NCBI GenBank assembly: GCA_028534125.1
Contig: CM052816.1
Coordinates: forward strand, 54,562,001-54,626,000
DNA length: 64,000 nucleotides
Source: Lama glama
Lineage: Eukaryota
Reading direction: 5' to 3'
Shown here one piece after another: positions 38,690 to 52,502 of the stretch (positions within the stretch are counted from its first letter, which is position 1; every line of letters begins with the position of its first letter). The position numbers and the translations under genes were made by a program. A model generated the notes under the pieces. The model was not told where the DNA came from, made no database searches, and saw nothing but the letters and a program-made list of their open reading frames with translations.

Positions 38690-38975
38690 TGCTTGCTGTG
38701 TACCAGACTGTTCTAATTACTCTACAAAGATCATTCATTTATCTGCTAGGCGCTGTTTTAAGCACTGTGCAGATATTAGCTAGTTTAACTAAAAATTCTC
38801 ATCACAGTCCTGCAAGATATGTACTATTAGGGACATCTCCTCCATCTTACAGATAAGGCAATTATAGCCCAGAGATTAAGTAACTTCCTTAAAGATAGTG
38901 CAGCCAGTAAGAGTCAGAGCCAAGATTCAAATTCAGACAATCTGCTTCCAGAGACAGCATTCTTAACCTCACACC
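38690..38975. mobile_element. MIR
   Basis: ccatcttacagataaggcaa...cagagattaagtaacttcct...cagagccaagattcaaa. Confidence 0.75.
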
Positions 38976-40179
38976 ATCTATTCACCCCAAGTTAGCACCA
39001 TCATCAATTAAAAGTGGTCCATGAGGCATTAATGTATATGGATTTGTTAGCTGATTATTCACATTTTTTCCATCCAAAATATGTTTTCATAAAATGTATA
39101 TGTCACTTTTATAAAGAGAATTATATTTTAAATACATAAGTAGGCTTGCTAATAAAAAAGTATATATGGAATCATTCTAGAAATGTTAAAAAGATTAATT
39201 GGACAAACATCTGTAAGGAAATTTAAGGAATCAATAATTCCATGTCTTCTTATGAGACTACTATAAAAAATCATTCCATTCCTACTTGCTTCTCAAATTA
39301 ATAGAATGACCAAATATGAAAGCACCTGGTAAACTGAAAAAAAAAAGAGACAATCTAATAACTGTAGAATTTTAAGTTTTAAGTTATAATTATCTGCCTT
39401 TATACCTCTTTACAGATTCAGAATAGTGTTCGTGTGTATGTGATATAAACAGACATATACATGCATGCATACCCTTGGAAAATTTTTCAAGAGTTATATA
39501 ATATTCTATCCATGTTGATTGCTACTGGGAAAGTAAGACTGCTGATCTGAGAGGGACTTAACTTCTGTCAAATCCTTTTTACTGAAACCAAATGACTTGC
39601 AGAAATAACATAAAACACATTTTGACCAGAAGGTGGCAATGAAAGCATTGATATTTCAAGATGCAAGAACTAACTTCTGGCAGGTGTTGCATATCCAAGG
39701 AGACAAAATATTGCCTGTAGGTTCTGATCATCCAGATCCTATGAGCTACTCCTAATCCCACCCCACCCCTGCCCTGGAGGATCCCAGGCTAAGTCAAGAC
39801 ATGATGGGGACATAGTGTGCTAAGTACTGCCATCAGAAAAGCAAAGGGCTCTGGGGGGCAAGGTCAGTTATCTGAAAAGTATAGCCCCATCTTAGGAGCC
39901 TCATTTAAATTTGTTGCATAAGTGAAATGATTACTGGGATATTATGGTCATTATTGTAACTCTTTGATGAAGTTTTTCCAGGTACCAATTTTACTGCATC
40001 TAAGAATGTGCTTCCTTCTCTTCTTCATCTAAGGAATGGCAAAGAAATACTAGGAGAAATTGGGTACCCTTTCATTTGGCCCCCTCATTGTTCACCCTAG
40101 GCAATCAAAAAGACCCTGACAAGACTCTCTTAATTCTGGAAAGTGCACATTAGTGTTGTCTGTAATAGACTGAGCCTGG

Positions 40180-40380
40180 GGTTAAAGAAAAATTATTCTG
40201 ACACTTGTAAGAAGACTTTATTTGGGACTATTTCCGTAGGTGTAGCTGCCAAGACTACTGCAATAGGGTAAGGAGATTGGACTCAACTCTAAATACAAGA
40301 ACAAGGGGGGATTTATAGCCAAGGAATAGGTGTCGGGGGTGGAGCGTGGGGGAGGGATGGATGGAAAATTATTTCAGGAA
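40180..40380 (-). mobile_element. ERV1 LTR fragment (MER31-like)
   Basis: gttaaagaaaaattattctgacacttgt...gagattggactcaactct...atttatagccaagga...ggatggaaaatta. Confidence 0.65.
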
Positions 40381-40734
40381 CTCAATGAAAAGAGGTATAT
40401 CGGGGTATGGTTTGCATACTGAAGACAATCTCACAGGCAAGTTGTTTACTATCGCTAGGAACTAATTAACCCTAGGAGGAGAAGCCCCTCCCCAGGTCTG
40501 CAAGACCCGAAGATGTTAAAGCATTATAAAATATAGGAAAAAAATGTTAATATGATTAATACAAAGTGCCTTGCTTCTAGCTTCTAAAATACTATTTCTG
40601 TCAACCAACCAATTACCTCACCAAATGAAAAAGCATTGAATCAGCAAGATCATCTTATTTCATCTAATAATAACATTTAGTTAGTTCCTTTTATATGCTA
40701 CCTCTTGTGCTAAGCACTTTATAATTTTATTTGA

Positions 40735-41030
40735 TCCACATATGTATCTTGATTATAGTGGTGATTATACAAATCTGTACATATGATAAAATACCATAGA
40801 ATTATACACAAAGTACTAATAAGAAAAAAATGCATATAAAAACTAGTGAAATTTGAGTAAGACTGTCTAGTTAATTGTATCATGCCAATCAATTTCCTGG
40901 TTTTGATAATGCATTATTTACATACGATGTCCCCATTAGGTAAGTGAGGTGAGTGGTACATGAGACCTCACAGTCCTATTCTTGCAACTTCTTGTGAATC
41001 TACAATTAATTCAATTAAAAAGTTAAAAGC
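40735..41030 (+). mobile_element. L1MC-like 3' end inserted in a MIR (MIR halves ~40665-40735 and ~41040-41150)
   Basis: tatcttgattatagtggtgattatacaaatct...gcaacttcttgtgaatcta; MIR core ccccattttacacatgacgaaactgaggct follows. Confidence 0.65.
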
Positions 41031-43029
41031 CATTTGAGGCCAATACTATTATCATCCCCATTTTACACATGACGAAACTGAGGCTTGGGGAAGTTAAGTA
41101 ATCTGCCTAAGATCATTCAGCTAGTAAGTGACAGACTGTGGTTTTGACCCAGAGCTGATGCACTGTCAAGCTCCCTTCAATAGAGAGTATCTTCAGATAA
41201 AATAGTGACTCCTGTTACTCATAGAATGTTCTAGGTTCCAATATGGTCTGAAAATATGTCAACAAATTCAATTATACTACAGTGCTAGGGAGTTAAACAG
41301 CAGTGCACTTAAACGTTAGTATAGGAATTGTGATGGGTTTGCATCAAGAAACGATGAAATGATGACATTCCACTTTCTGGGCTTCTCTCAACAAGGAGTT
41401 GTAAAACATCAACACTTTTTGTTTACTATTTTAAACACCAGATACCAGACCAATAGTTATATAAAGATTTTGTTCACTTACCAAGAGAAATCTTAGACCT
41501 GAGTCACAAATAAAAGACAATGCACTGATTTTATACAATTCAATCCTCTCTAATGGCAAAGAAATTGGCAACATATTTCCAGAATTCTAATTCCGTCAGG
41601 GGTAGATGAATCATAGCATTTTCTAGAAGACTTTTCATTTCATTTAGTCTTAATTAAGTGGCAGCACATAGCACTGGATCAATGGAGCGCTCATGTCTGA
41701 TCTCAAGTTCTACAAAAATGTCAGAAACACAAGGTAATCATAGATCCAGTGCTTTTTCTTTAATATATTATCTGCCTATAGAATTTAATCCATAAATTAT
41801 GAGTCAATGATCTCTACAGCTTTACTAAACGCTTTGTGTCATTTCCTAAACATTTTCAATTACATTTTACCTTTCGCTATTTCTTTTATTTGGTTTAGTG
41901 TGACCTAGTCTTACTGGACTCTTGATAACTGGATATCATAATCCAAGAGGCCTGGGGCAAGCCATGTTCAGTGTGATGTGAGGCTGTGCTCTGATCAGGT
42001 TAACAGATAGGAAGAGATCATGATGTGCCCATCTCAGCATGTGACTGCCATAGTCCTCATCTTCTCACCCTAAACTGTCTCTACAGGGCAGGTTTTTCCA
42101 TACCAGGGAAGGGGATGGTGGTTACCACTATGGGGAATGGCTGCTTGATGATAAAACCATCACCAGCTCCACCCCGGCCTGGCTGCCTGCCAGCAGTGAG
42201 GAAAACCAGCAGAGCTTGTTTCATAAGCCAATGACTCAAAATAAGGTTTTTAGAAAGTGCTTTATGGTTTTCTATGTAAAATGCTACGCAGGTTAACTGA
42301 TGATCACTTTCAAAGAGGACTGAAAAAAAGTAGAGAAAAGCTAGTATGAAACCATGAACATGTCTGAGTATTCTAAGGAATTCCCACATAACAAAGTTAT
42401 CTTCATTTTTATCCTACTCGTTGGGACTGATTTCAAGTTCATGAATGTTTCTTTACTGGTGTTTACTGTTTAGTGTTTCTTTACAATTAACATGGAGTAT
42501 GAAGACACTAAGACACTTCTATAGACAATGAATTCTACTCCAGTACAAAATGTCATAGGATGTGCTTGGTCACTTTGAAGCTTCTAATATATTCTCAGAT
42601 ACATTTTCATCTATGTTTCAAAAGAATGAAGCAGATTTAGTAAGTATAGTTTTCTTTAATTGTATTCCACACAATTTTGTTGAGGATCCAAAAAAGGTCC
42701 TGTGCAACGAGCCACCAGGCAATTCTCCCTGGTCATAGTGGAGTAAAGGGTTGCTGCAACCACACAGGATGTTGTGGGTTCCTTTGATGCATTGGCCTGA
42801 AGCTGAGAAGACAGCAGAGGCCAAGAAACAAGATCTTAGCTGGCTTTGTAAAGATAAAAATTAGGAAGTAATGTATACAGAAATACAAAGAATATCCACA
42901 CCATGAAATACTCCGCAGCTGTCAAAATGGGATAATATATGGATATATTGATTGTCTTTCAGTGCATATGGACTACATACTTTTAGTTAAAAAAAATCAC
43001 TTTTTAGGTTTTTAGATAAATTGTATGTA

Positions 43030-43196
43030 TATACTGTATAGCACAGGGAAATACATACAAGATCTTCTGGTAGCTCACTGTGAAAAAGAATGTGAAAACG
43101 AGTACATGTATATTCATGTATGACTGAAAATTGTGCTCTACATCAGAAATTGACACAACATTGTAAACTGACTATAACTCAGTAAGATAAAAAAAA
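43030..43196 (+). mobile_element. Young lineage-specific L1 3' end
   Basis: actgtatagcacagggaa...gaaattgacacaacattgtaaactgactataactc + A tail; clearly similar to 49902-50071. Confidence 0.85.
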
Positions 43197-43319
43197 TTTT
43201 TACACTGTAGTATGATCCTATTTCTATATATGTTTACATATGTTTAAAAAATAGCCTGGCCAGATAAACACCATCATATATAAGGGTGTTATATATGGTT
43301 GAAAGATAATGTAATTTTC

Positions 43320-43414
43320 TTTTTTTTTTTTTTAAATGGAGGTGCTGGGGATTGAACCCAGGACCTCATGCATGCTGAGCATGCACTCTACCACTGAGCT
43401 ATACCTCAACCCCC
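43320..43414 (-). mobile_element. tRNA-derived SINE (Vic-1-like, short form)
   Basis: Reverse complement of the same head directly followed by poly(A) (T run at 43320-43333). Confidence 0.9.
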
Positions 43415-45707
43415 TGCCTTTTTATTTTTACTTGAGTATACTTACTAGGTTTTTAAATTAACTTTTATTAGCTAATAAAACTTTAAAGAAAGAAATGAAA
43501 AGAACAAGGAGCTGGTACTATAGGAATCTGAAAATTAATACTTAGTTCAGCTACCATTGCTCACCCAAAAACCACTCAGCAAATGCTTATTATCTTTGTA
43601 CTACATGCACGGATCATTGCTACATCCTGATATTTAAATATGTGTAACAACATCTCTACTGTCAGAGACTTAATCTTAGTAGAGGTAGAGGTACACATGT
43701 AAGCAGCCAAATTTAACCCAGAGGCAGAATGATAGACACAGAAAAAGAAGAAACAGTGCTGTGGGAAGACAGAGGAAGTGCTCAGTGGCTGCTGATGAGA
43801 CACTGACAACCACAAAACAGAGGACCAGAATGAGAAGGTCACCCAGTCACCTGTAGGAGATGCTTTGGAAGGGAGCTAAAGCTCCACACCCAAACCAAGC
43901 TGAGGGTCTCCGATGGTAGAACAAAGTCCTGTCTTCTACTTAAATCAACCACCCACTTTGTGCTCTGGCTTCTAAATAGTTTTAGGTGTAAATTTATCAA
44001 AAACAAGCAGGAGGTCTTGTACTGTAGATGTCTGGTATTATGCATTCATCAGGAAATACATGGATGTGTTGTCATTTAATAGATGAAATATATAGCTCAT
44101 CACTAGAGCCAGTGTGCTTAGCAACATGCCCATTAAGTGGGACAATGGCTAGCAAGCTGCAAGGATGCATGGAAGACTTAATTCAGGGACAAGATTGCCT
44201 GGCCACCAATTTTGGGGAAGAAGATGGTAAACTTCTTCATTGTGGGGACTCCAACTGGGCTGAAGTGTTTAGGTGCCCAGGCAGTGACAGTGAAGGCCTG
44301 TAGCTGTGGATAAGGCATGGATCTCACCATCAAACTGCACCATCTGCATTCCATCAGTGGACTAGCTGTTACTCAGTGTCACACACTCTGACTTCTCTCC
44401 CCTGCTTATCTCCTGTTGTTTCATATGGATAAAAACGTTTTCTGCTCAGTTTCAGGCTCTGCTGCAAATTTTCCTCTGTCCTTGGGGCTCAACTGCATGG
44501 TTTAAAAGAAGATGTAAATAATTACCTAAATCAGCATCCACAGGATTGTAATAATGAATGTTCTCTTACAAATAAACAGCTGTATTATTTGTAAAATGAG
44601 CGGGGGATTAGCAGATGAGTGTCAGAGTATCAACAATATTGTAAGAACATCCAATAACTGCACTCTAGTCTCAGCCCATGCCCCCTTTGTTGCTCATCCT
44701 GCTCTCCTCAATTAAGAGGCTCAGGAACCCTCTTTATATTTTGTCAATGCTAAATGTATACATATTTTGTGGCAAAACATACAGACTGGAATCATTTTCT
44801 GATATGCATAATACTGAGTAAGATGTCAATTGTAGCAATTTATTAAAGGTTGAATTTTCCTGTTTCAAGGAGTGAAGCTAAATGGGATAAAGGTGTAAAC
44901 AAAAAAGTGGCTAAGATTTGTGAATGCAGCACACCTAGGGTTTATTCCACAGCGTCGAGTCCTTTTCAACCACTAACAATAAACCTGTCCATTCTACTTG
45001 GCAAGCAAGCCGATCTCTTTCCCACGCTGGTGAGAAAGTGTTATATTGCTATTCACCTGTAGTTAAGTATAACTCTTAAAACTGGAGACAGCTCATCCAT
45101 TTCTATTACAGCTTAACTTTCCACTAAGCTGTAAGATAAGCACGGATATGCCTTTCTTTGTGCAGTGGGTATTTTCTTGGGGAAAGTTATTTGACAGTTG
45201 GATTGTTTCCTCACTGAATTGCATTATGATTTCATCAATGAGTTTAACAATTCTTTTTCAGTTGGCAATAACTTAGTTTTAAAAATTTTAACTGTGAAAG
45301 TTTTCTGGGAGACTATTTATTAAGGGCTGATCATACATATCTATGCAGTTTTTTCATTACTGGGAAGGACATAAAAAAAATGTAAAATATGGTCCCTGTC
45401 CTCCAATAGCCTAAAATCTAATCATGGAAGACACAGAGACTTTAAATAATTGATAAACAAAGCAGGAAAATAACGGTTAAGTGCAGACAACACTTTAAAA
45501 GGGAGGGATTGGAGTAATATGAAAAAAACAGGTCTCCAAGTGGACCTGCATGACAAAGAATATTTAAATAAATGAAAGGGAGGGCATTTTAGGCAGAGGG
45601 CTAGCCTGGGTACATATCTAGAGTCACTATTGGATCTGACTATATTTGAGGTGGTAGGATGTTTGGGAAATAGAAATACCTTATAATGTATGCAGTGAGT
45701 TACCCCA

Positions 45708-46550
45708 TATATTAGTTTTCCATTGCTGTTGTAACAAACTACCACAAACTTAAGGTTTAAAACAACACTAATGGTATGATCTCACTTACATGTGGAATCT
45801 TTAAAAACAAACAAACAAACAAACACCAAGCTCATAGATACAGAGAACAAATTGGTTGCCAGAGGTCAGAGTCAGGGAGAGGAAGGAGGGTAGACAATGG
45901 TGGGTGAAATGGGTAAAGGGGCTCAAAAGGTACAAACCTCCAGTTATAAAAATAAGTAAGCCACAGCTATAGTTAACAATAGTGTACTGCATATTTGAAA
46001 GCTGCTAAGAGAAATCTTAATAGTTCTCTTCACAAGAAAAAAACTTCTGTAATTATGTACGGTTATGGATGTTAACTGGAGTTACTGTGATGAACATTTC
46101 ACAGAATATACAAATATCGAATCATTAGGTTGTACACTTGAAACTAACATAATATTGTATGTCAGTTATACCTCAATTAAAAACCACCATTGCACAATCT
46201 CACAGTTCTGTGGATTAGAAGTCCAACATGGGTATCACTGGACCAAAGTCAAGGTGTCAGCGGGACTGTGTTCCTCTCCGGAGCTCCACGGGTACAGCCT
46301 ATTTCCTTCCTTTCTCCAGTTTCTAGAGGCCTTCCACATTCCTTGGCTTGTAGCCCCCCAACCCCATCTTCTAAGCCAGCAGATTGCATCTCTCTGACCA
46401 TTCTGCCAGTTACTTCCTCCTCACTCCACAACCAGGAAAGCATTTCTGTTTTTAAGGACTCATTGATTACATTGGACTCACCAGGCTACTCTCCCATCTT
46501 AAAGTCAACCTTAATGACATCTGCAAAGTCTCTTTTGCCATGTAAAGTAC
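45708..46550 (-). mobile_element. MLT1 (MaLR) LTR split by an L1MA-like 3' end (~45770-46183, + strand)
   Basis: tattagttttccattgctg...aaacaacac | L1 3'UTR ending ctcaattaaaaa | ...ctcacagttctg...atctgcaaagtctcttttgccatgtaa. Confidence 0.8.
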
Positions 46551-46724
46551 CAAAGTTTTCTTTAATCCCCCTTTTTTCCATTCCCATTCCTGTGGTTTTA
46601 GTCTAGGTTCTTATACTGGACTTGGGTTTATAGCAATAACCTGCTAATTGCCCTCCTTGGAGGAGCTTCTCCTCCACTCCAATCCTATGCACCAGTTTCA
46701 CACAGATCATCTTAAAGCACTGTT

Positions 46725-47050
46725 TTAAAAAAAAATTCAACTGACTAAATTTTAAAGATCTTATTGGCTTTACTCATGATTCAGGCAGCATCCAATATAA
46801 AGATCTTAATGGCTTTACTCATGAATCGGGCAGCATCCAACCTAACAGATAGAATGGAGCTCCCAGAAGCTGTGCAAAACCAAGACTTTTATAGGCAGAA
46901 GGGAGCAGGAATGAGAACGTTACACTAGGCAAAAATCAGGCTGGTTATTGCAAGGTTACTGTCTCAGGGGATGGCAGGGGTCTAGCAGGCTGATTACCTA
47001 ACGAGTGCTGATCAGACAATTCCTGATTAACTGGTTAAAACTGCATTTCT
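46725..47050 (-). mobile_element. ERV1-type LTR fragment with 45-bp internal tandem duplication
   Basis: aaaattcaactg...aaagatcttattggcttta; antisense TATA (ttttatag) at ~46888. Confidence 0.6.
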
Positions 47051-47859
47051 GGGAGAGCTGAAACTATACTTTTGCAGCTATTCATATATATTCTGAATAC
47101 ACATAAAGCAATCCTGAAGGGATACCCCAAAAAACTGTCAGTGAGCTGAGAAATGGCATGCAGCCGTGGGAGTGGGCATAGATTGACTAGGTGGGTGAGT
47201 GGAAAGGAAACTTGCACTTTTTCCATCTTATGCTTTTTAATATTGATTGAGTTCTTATCATATTGATGCATCCTTTTAAAAATTTTCAAAAGCTAGCAAA
47301 TAACTTTCATTTAAAAGGACATATTTTTAAAGAAAAGTTAGATTTGCAGAGAGAACTTCAGGATTATTTTTTCTCTACCCAAACACAACTACTATTCAGA
47401 ATGAGTAAAACGTTATTTAAAAAAAAAAAATCATACCACCACTCTCCAAAAAAGTTTCTGAAAGTAAAATTGGTTAGATGCCCCTGTAACATTGTCCTCT
47501 AGAGTTTTCCGAGTGCTGGACAAACAGTTCCCATTGTGGGGCAGCAGACTTCTGGGCAATCAACAAGAAGGTGACCATATACCCATTAAGTGCCTGTCCT
47601 GCCAGGTGCTGGCTGGGGAGAAGGGGGAGCAAAGAGGGGTAAGTCCTTCTCTAACCCACAGAATCCTGCTTATTCTTGAGATTAAGAAAGGTTAATGATC
47701 GTGGGGAGAATGCTACATTTATAACCTGGCTAACACTGAGAGATTAGAGTCATGATGAATTAGGACTTGTTTCCTCCTGGGAAAACAATGCCTAGGTACA
47801 AATGGAGAAAAGTACTGTAAGATTTTAATTAACATTAAATTAATTAAATAACAGGATCT

Positions 47860-48035
47860 CACTCTGGAGTCAGATAACCAGGATTTAAATCCAAATTCTG
47901 CTGTCTTTTAGATGCATGGAAAAGTTTGGAGAAGTTATTTGACTTATCTAGGCTTCAGTTTTCTCATCTGTAAAATGGAGACACAAGAAGTACCTACCTC
48001 CTAAGGCAGCTGCGGCGACTGAAGGAGATAGATGA
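47860..48035. mobile_element. MIR
   Basis: cttcagttttctcatctgtaaaatggag core. Confidence 0.8.
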
Positions 48036-49327
48036 GTTTACTGTGTCCTGTGGGATAGTTCAGCGTCCCCAGTAATCTGGCTCCCCAGGAACCCCCAGAT
48101 CAACAACTGTCACATGAAGACCTCCTTCACGTTTGTCAGCAAATGAATTAGATGACTGATACAATCTAAAACAATTTTTTTGAATGTTTAAAGAAGAAAC
48201 AAATAATTGCAAAAGTTTGGAAACAACCGAAATATCCACTGTTTTGGCTAAACAAATATGGGATACCCATAAATACGGAATGCTCTGCAAAGTAGAAATA
48301 ATTGAGAAAGTTGTCTAATCTGATATTCAGGGAGCCCTATGACATATTATTAAATGTGAAAGGGAGAAATACAAAAACATATCCATATTTATATGTTCAT
48401 AAAAAATTCTACAAAGATATACTAGAAACTAATAAAAGTGCTTAGCCATGAGGATGGAGGATAAGAATTCAGTCAAAAGGGTGATGAGAATGGGAGGGAC
48501 TTTTTTTAATGTGTGCGTTTTTATATATTTAAAAATTGTTGAGTCATGTGAAGGTAGTCCATATTCAAAAATAAATTAAAAATTTAAAGAAAAACAAGGA
48601 GCTGGATTATTGTTGTTTGTGCTATGGTCCAATGTTAGAGGGAGGTTTTTGCTTTAGGTTGCCTTTTTTTTTTATTTATTTTCTTAACAGTTCATTCAAA
48701 TTCAAAATTCAAACAGTCAAAAAAGAGTATAATGGAGAAAAATTTCCTTCCCACCTCAGCTACAGAGTTCCCCTTCACTCAGGCAACAAATGTTTAAAAG
48801 ATGCTTGAATATAATGGGGTTTTTAGGTATTTAGAAATTCAAAATGTATTTGCTGCTATGATTTCAAGCAGATTGAGCTGCAGTGGTTTTAGCAAGTCAG
48901 GACTCTCTTACAAAAAGCTAACTCTTTCATTAAATCATCTTTTCTTGTATTGCAAATAAGGTGCTGTTAAGAGCACCTGACAACTGCAGACAACACAAAT
49001 ACGATGTTGGTAAGAGGCAGCAAAAAGTGACTGCCACGGAGGTCAGTGGCATAAAGGAAATACTCAGAAGATGTTCAGACCGCAACGGCTGTGTGTCTAC
49101 TTCTGCCAGCTTTGCTTGCTTCAAAGTCTTCGTGCGAGGGAGCTGTGGAGAGAGGGCATGATGTCCAGGATCTGCTGCTGAGTTCATCTTCAGGTTACAG
49201 TATAACTCCTGATTGCCCCGGTCCACAGAAGTTCAACCCCCCAGCCCCTCCCCACCCCAGGCCTACCAGAGCAGTAGAAGGGTTTCCAGTGCAAAGGATC
49301 CTCATAGAGAAACTGGGTTGTTTAAAC

Positions 49328-49670
49328 CAGTGCTTCTCCAAGTGTGGTCCAGCACATCAACATTACCTGGAAACTTGTTAGAAGTGCAGATTCTCCCCAC
49401 GTGGCCCTTCCAAATCAGAAACTCTGGGGGAAGAGGTGCTTTAACAAGCCCTGAAGGTCATTCTGGTACAGGCTACAGTTTGAGAACCACCCGTTTACAA
49501 TCAACATTTTCTCCACTTCCCTGATAAGAATCACCTGGAGTTGGAGGAGGGCGGTAGGAAGCTTGTGAAAAATTCCTGGTACGAGGTCCCACCACAGACT
49601 TAATGAGTCAAAATATTCTGTGGAGAGGCCTCAGAGTCTACTTCCAGGGACCACTGAGACACTGGCTTAA
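49328..49670. mobile_element. Two adjacent MER5 (hAT-Charlie) elements
   Basis: cagtgcttctccaagtgtggtcc...gtttgagaaccac; then agaatcacctggag...accactgagacactgg. Confidence 0.75.
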
Positions 49671-49901
49671 ATGATTCCTATTACTGGCTGCATGAGGTTA
49701 GGAAAACAAACCCACCTTACTCCCTCAATGTATCACATGTTTCTTTTTCTCCAAAGCCAACATCCAGGCTGGTCTTACAGCTCCAACAAGATTCTTTCAG
49801 ATCATCTAATAAATAGCAGCCTCTTCAGGGACATGTTTGGCATCTCTGACCTGCGGTCTACATCATAGAACGCTAATTCAATAGTAATCAGAATAAGGAA
49901 G

Positions 49902-50071
49902 TACAGGAACTATATTCAATATCTTGTAGTAGCTTATGGTGAAAAAGAATATGAAAACAAATATATGTTTGTTCATGTATGACTGAAACATTATGCTGTA
50001 CACCAGAAATTGACACGACATTGCAAACTGACTATACTTCAATTTAAAAAAAAGATCTCAGGAAAAAAAAA
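49902..50071 (+). mobile_element. Young L1 3' end with 12-bp TSD
   Basis: TSD AGAATAAGGAAG at 49890-49901 and 50072-50083. Confidence 0.9.
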
Positions 50072-50724
50072 AGAATAAGGAAGATCCTTTGCTTGGCTGA
50101 CACCCACTCCCACAATCAACCCATTGATAATCCGCCTAAGACCCACTCCCTAGTGTTGTCACACAGAAGGGGGGGTCCTAAGGAATGAGACTCAAGGCGA
50201 TGAGTTTAAGTGGAAGTGAAGGAAGGACTTGGGAACATGGTGCTGCTTATTGCCCTGGGTAACCGAGGAGAGAAGCTTGGGAGGGAAGTGTCAACAATTT
50301 CCTCCACTGAGTCACATCCTGTAGGCAGTTGAGTGACTGCCTCGGTTGCTTTAAAAGGAAGAGAACTTTCCCATGCTCAGCCCTCCACCCCAAACTCCCT
50401 CCTCCCCGGCCCTAAAGCGCAGGGACACGCAAGGCTGCTGGGAGCATGTTTTCTCCATCTTAGAACTGAGTGAGCACCACACGTTGAAGCTCTTTCCTGG
50501 CAAAACCCAAAGCGCTCATGCTCGGCTGGGAAAGTGGCAGGGAGAGGAGGATGAAGCCCTCAGGGAGTCGAAATCATCCCGGGTGGTGACTGCAGTGAGA
50601 CGGCTCAGCCACAAGCTCAGAGGCAGGGGCCGCCCAGTCCAGACGGCTGGATGACAGCATAGTCATCAAGGTGGAGGACAGTAATACGTAACTGAAAGAA
50701 TAACTTTATACCTCCTATTCCTTC

Positions 50725-51205
50725 TGTTGCCACAAATTCAACCTTTGCACCGCAAAAGCCAGATTGAGACTCAGAGACAGAGTTTTGGAAGAATTAAAAA
50801 AGGACAGCTTCACTGCTTTGCTAGGCAAAGGGGAGTCACAGCAGGCTCGTGCCTTAGAGACTGTGGATTCATTTTGGGGTTGGGGTCTTGAAGTTTTATA
50901 GAAAAAAACTGGATGGGACAGAAAAAGTGACAACAAGCAGGGCACTTTACAGGGTGCTACTACATTCCCCTGAACCTCGATGACTCTTTCTGGGGTCAGG
51001 GTAGAACTGCAGAGGGTCTGGCCATTCTTCTGAGATTATCAGCCCTTCTTCCTGGAGCGTAGCCTCTGGGTTAAAACTATTGTGAAGAATGTAAGGGAGA
51101 AGTCTGGGAGTTAGCACAAAAGCAGCAAGGCAGAAAAAACAAATTACAGGATTTCCTAGACAGAAAGAATCAGCAAACAGTTTTAGCATCAGAGAAGTTA
51201 GTTCA
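50725..51205 (-). mobile_element. Probable solo ERV1 LTR
   Basis: TG...CA ends (tgttgcc...gttca), 4-bp TSD-like cttc/tttc, antisense TATA (ttttatag ~50895). Confidence 0.6.
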
Positions 51206-52139
51206 TTTCCTACCCTCAATTCTACACACTGTGGAACAGTCAGCCTCCAGCAGTTTTCTTCCAAGTTCAAGTGAAGGAGTAGGAAACTGTCTTTCAGGGT
51301 ACAGAGGCCAGTTTTGCAGCAACACAAATACACTTAAGAAGTCAGACTCCAGCTTGCTGGACTGGAGCATTTGACCAGAGAGATTCCAAGGATGACACTG
51401 TAGTCCCTGACAAACATGAGCAGTTAAGAGCATCCCTGTGGCAGGAAAATGGTCCACAATTGTCGAAATCAGCCAGTGTTCTGAACAGCAATTGCCATTC
51501 AGTGTTTCTTTCTCATTGCACCACTGACCACCACTCTTCAGTCGGAAGTCTAGAGGCCTATTTATTCTCTGCACATTCTGTTACAGTCAGCTCCATTTAA
51601 TAGCAGAAAGGAAAAAAAGGCATGATGCAGAAGACAGGACAGGGCAAAAATGTAATGTTTCTGAAGAGCCCTGATGGGGCGGGGTGAGGGGGTCAGCTAA
51701 TGTGTGATCCCTAAGGGAGAAACACCAAGAGTAATCTCAGCCTCCACCTGCTGGGTGCATTTTGCTGTTCAACCTGGACTTAAATCATCTTAAAACACTG
51801 TTTTTTGGTTTTTTTAAAACCCGTATTTCTAGGCCACTTTGTTGTAGGAGGAAAAGAGCTCCCAAGTTGAACATGGAGTCATACCACTGCAGAAAGAAAT
51901 CCAACTATGAGATGCTTCAGGGCCTCACCTCAGGCTCAGCCCATCTCAAGTTAGACGGTAGGGAAGTTGGGGCCATTATTCAATAATACCTTTGTTGCCT
52001 CATTCTATGCAACTTCCTACAGTTCACACTGAGAGGACTAGCAATATAAAAAAACATTTGAACAAAGAGAGCAAAGGGTGGCTCCTAAAATGAATGTAAA
52101 CTCGATGAGGACAAGGAGCTTAGTTTTGTTTATTACACT

Positions 52140-52502
52140 GTTGGACACTGAATGTTTCTGTTCCCCACAAGTTCATATGTTAAAATCCTAATCCCCAAGG
52201 TGACAGTAATAGGAAGTGGGGCCTTTGGGAGGTAAGTAGGTTATAAGGGCGCCCATGACTGGAACTAGAGCCCTTAGAAAAGGGACCCCTGAGACTTAGC
52301 CCACCCCTTCTGCCATGTGAGATTACAATGAAAAAAACAAACCAGGAAGTGAGGCCTCACTAGACAGACAGGGAATCTGCCAGTGCTTTGGTCTTAGACT
52401 TCCAGCCTCCAGAACTGCGAGCAGCAGATTTCTGTTGTTTACAAGCTATAAACATATAAGTTTATGACATTTTTGTTCTAGCAGCCCAAACAGACCAAGA
52501 CA
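52140..52502 (+). mobile_element. MLT1A-type MaLR LTR inserted in an L2 3' end
   Basis: ctgaatgtttctgttcccc...cttagacttccagcctccagaactg...gcagcccaaacagaccaagaca; L2 tail gcacctagaacagttcctggcacatagtagg resumes after. Confidence 0.88.

Noticed and set aside
48961..49009. Plus-strand exon-like segment (AAG|GTG...TTG|GTAAGA)
   Set aside because: Isolated, with a weak acceptor and no partner exons; indistinguishable from a chance pseudo-exon
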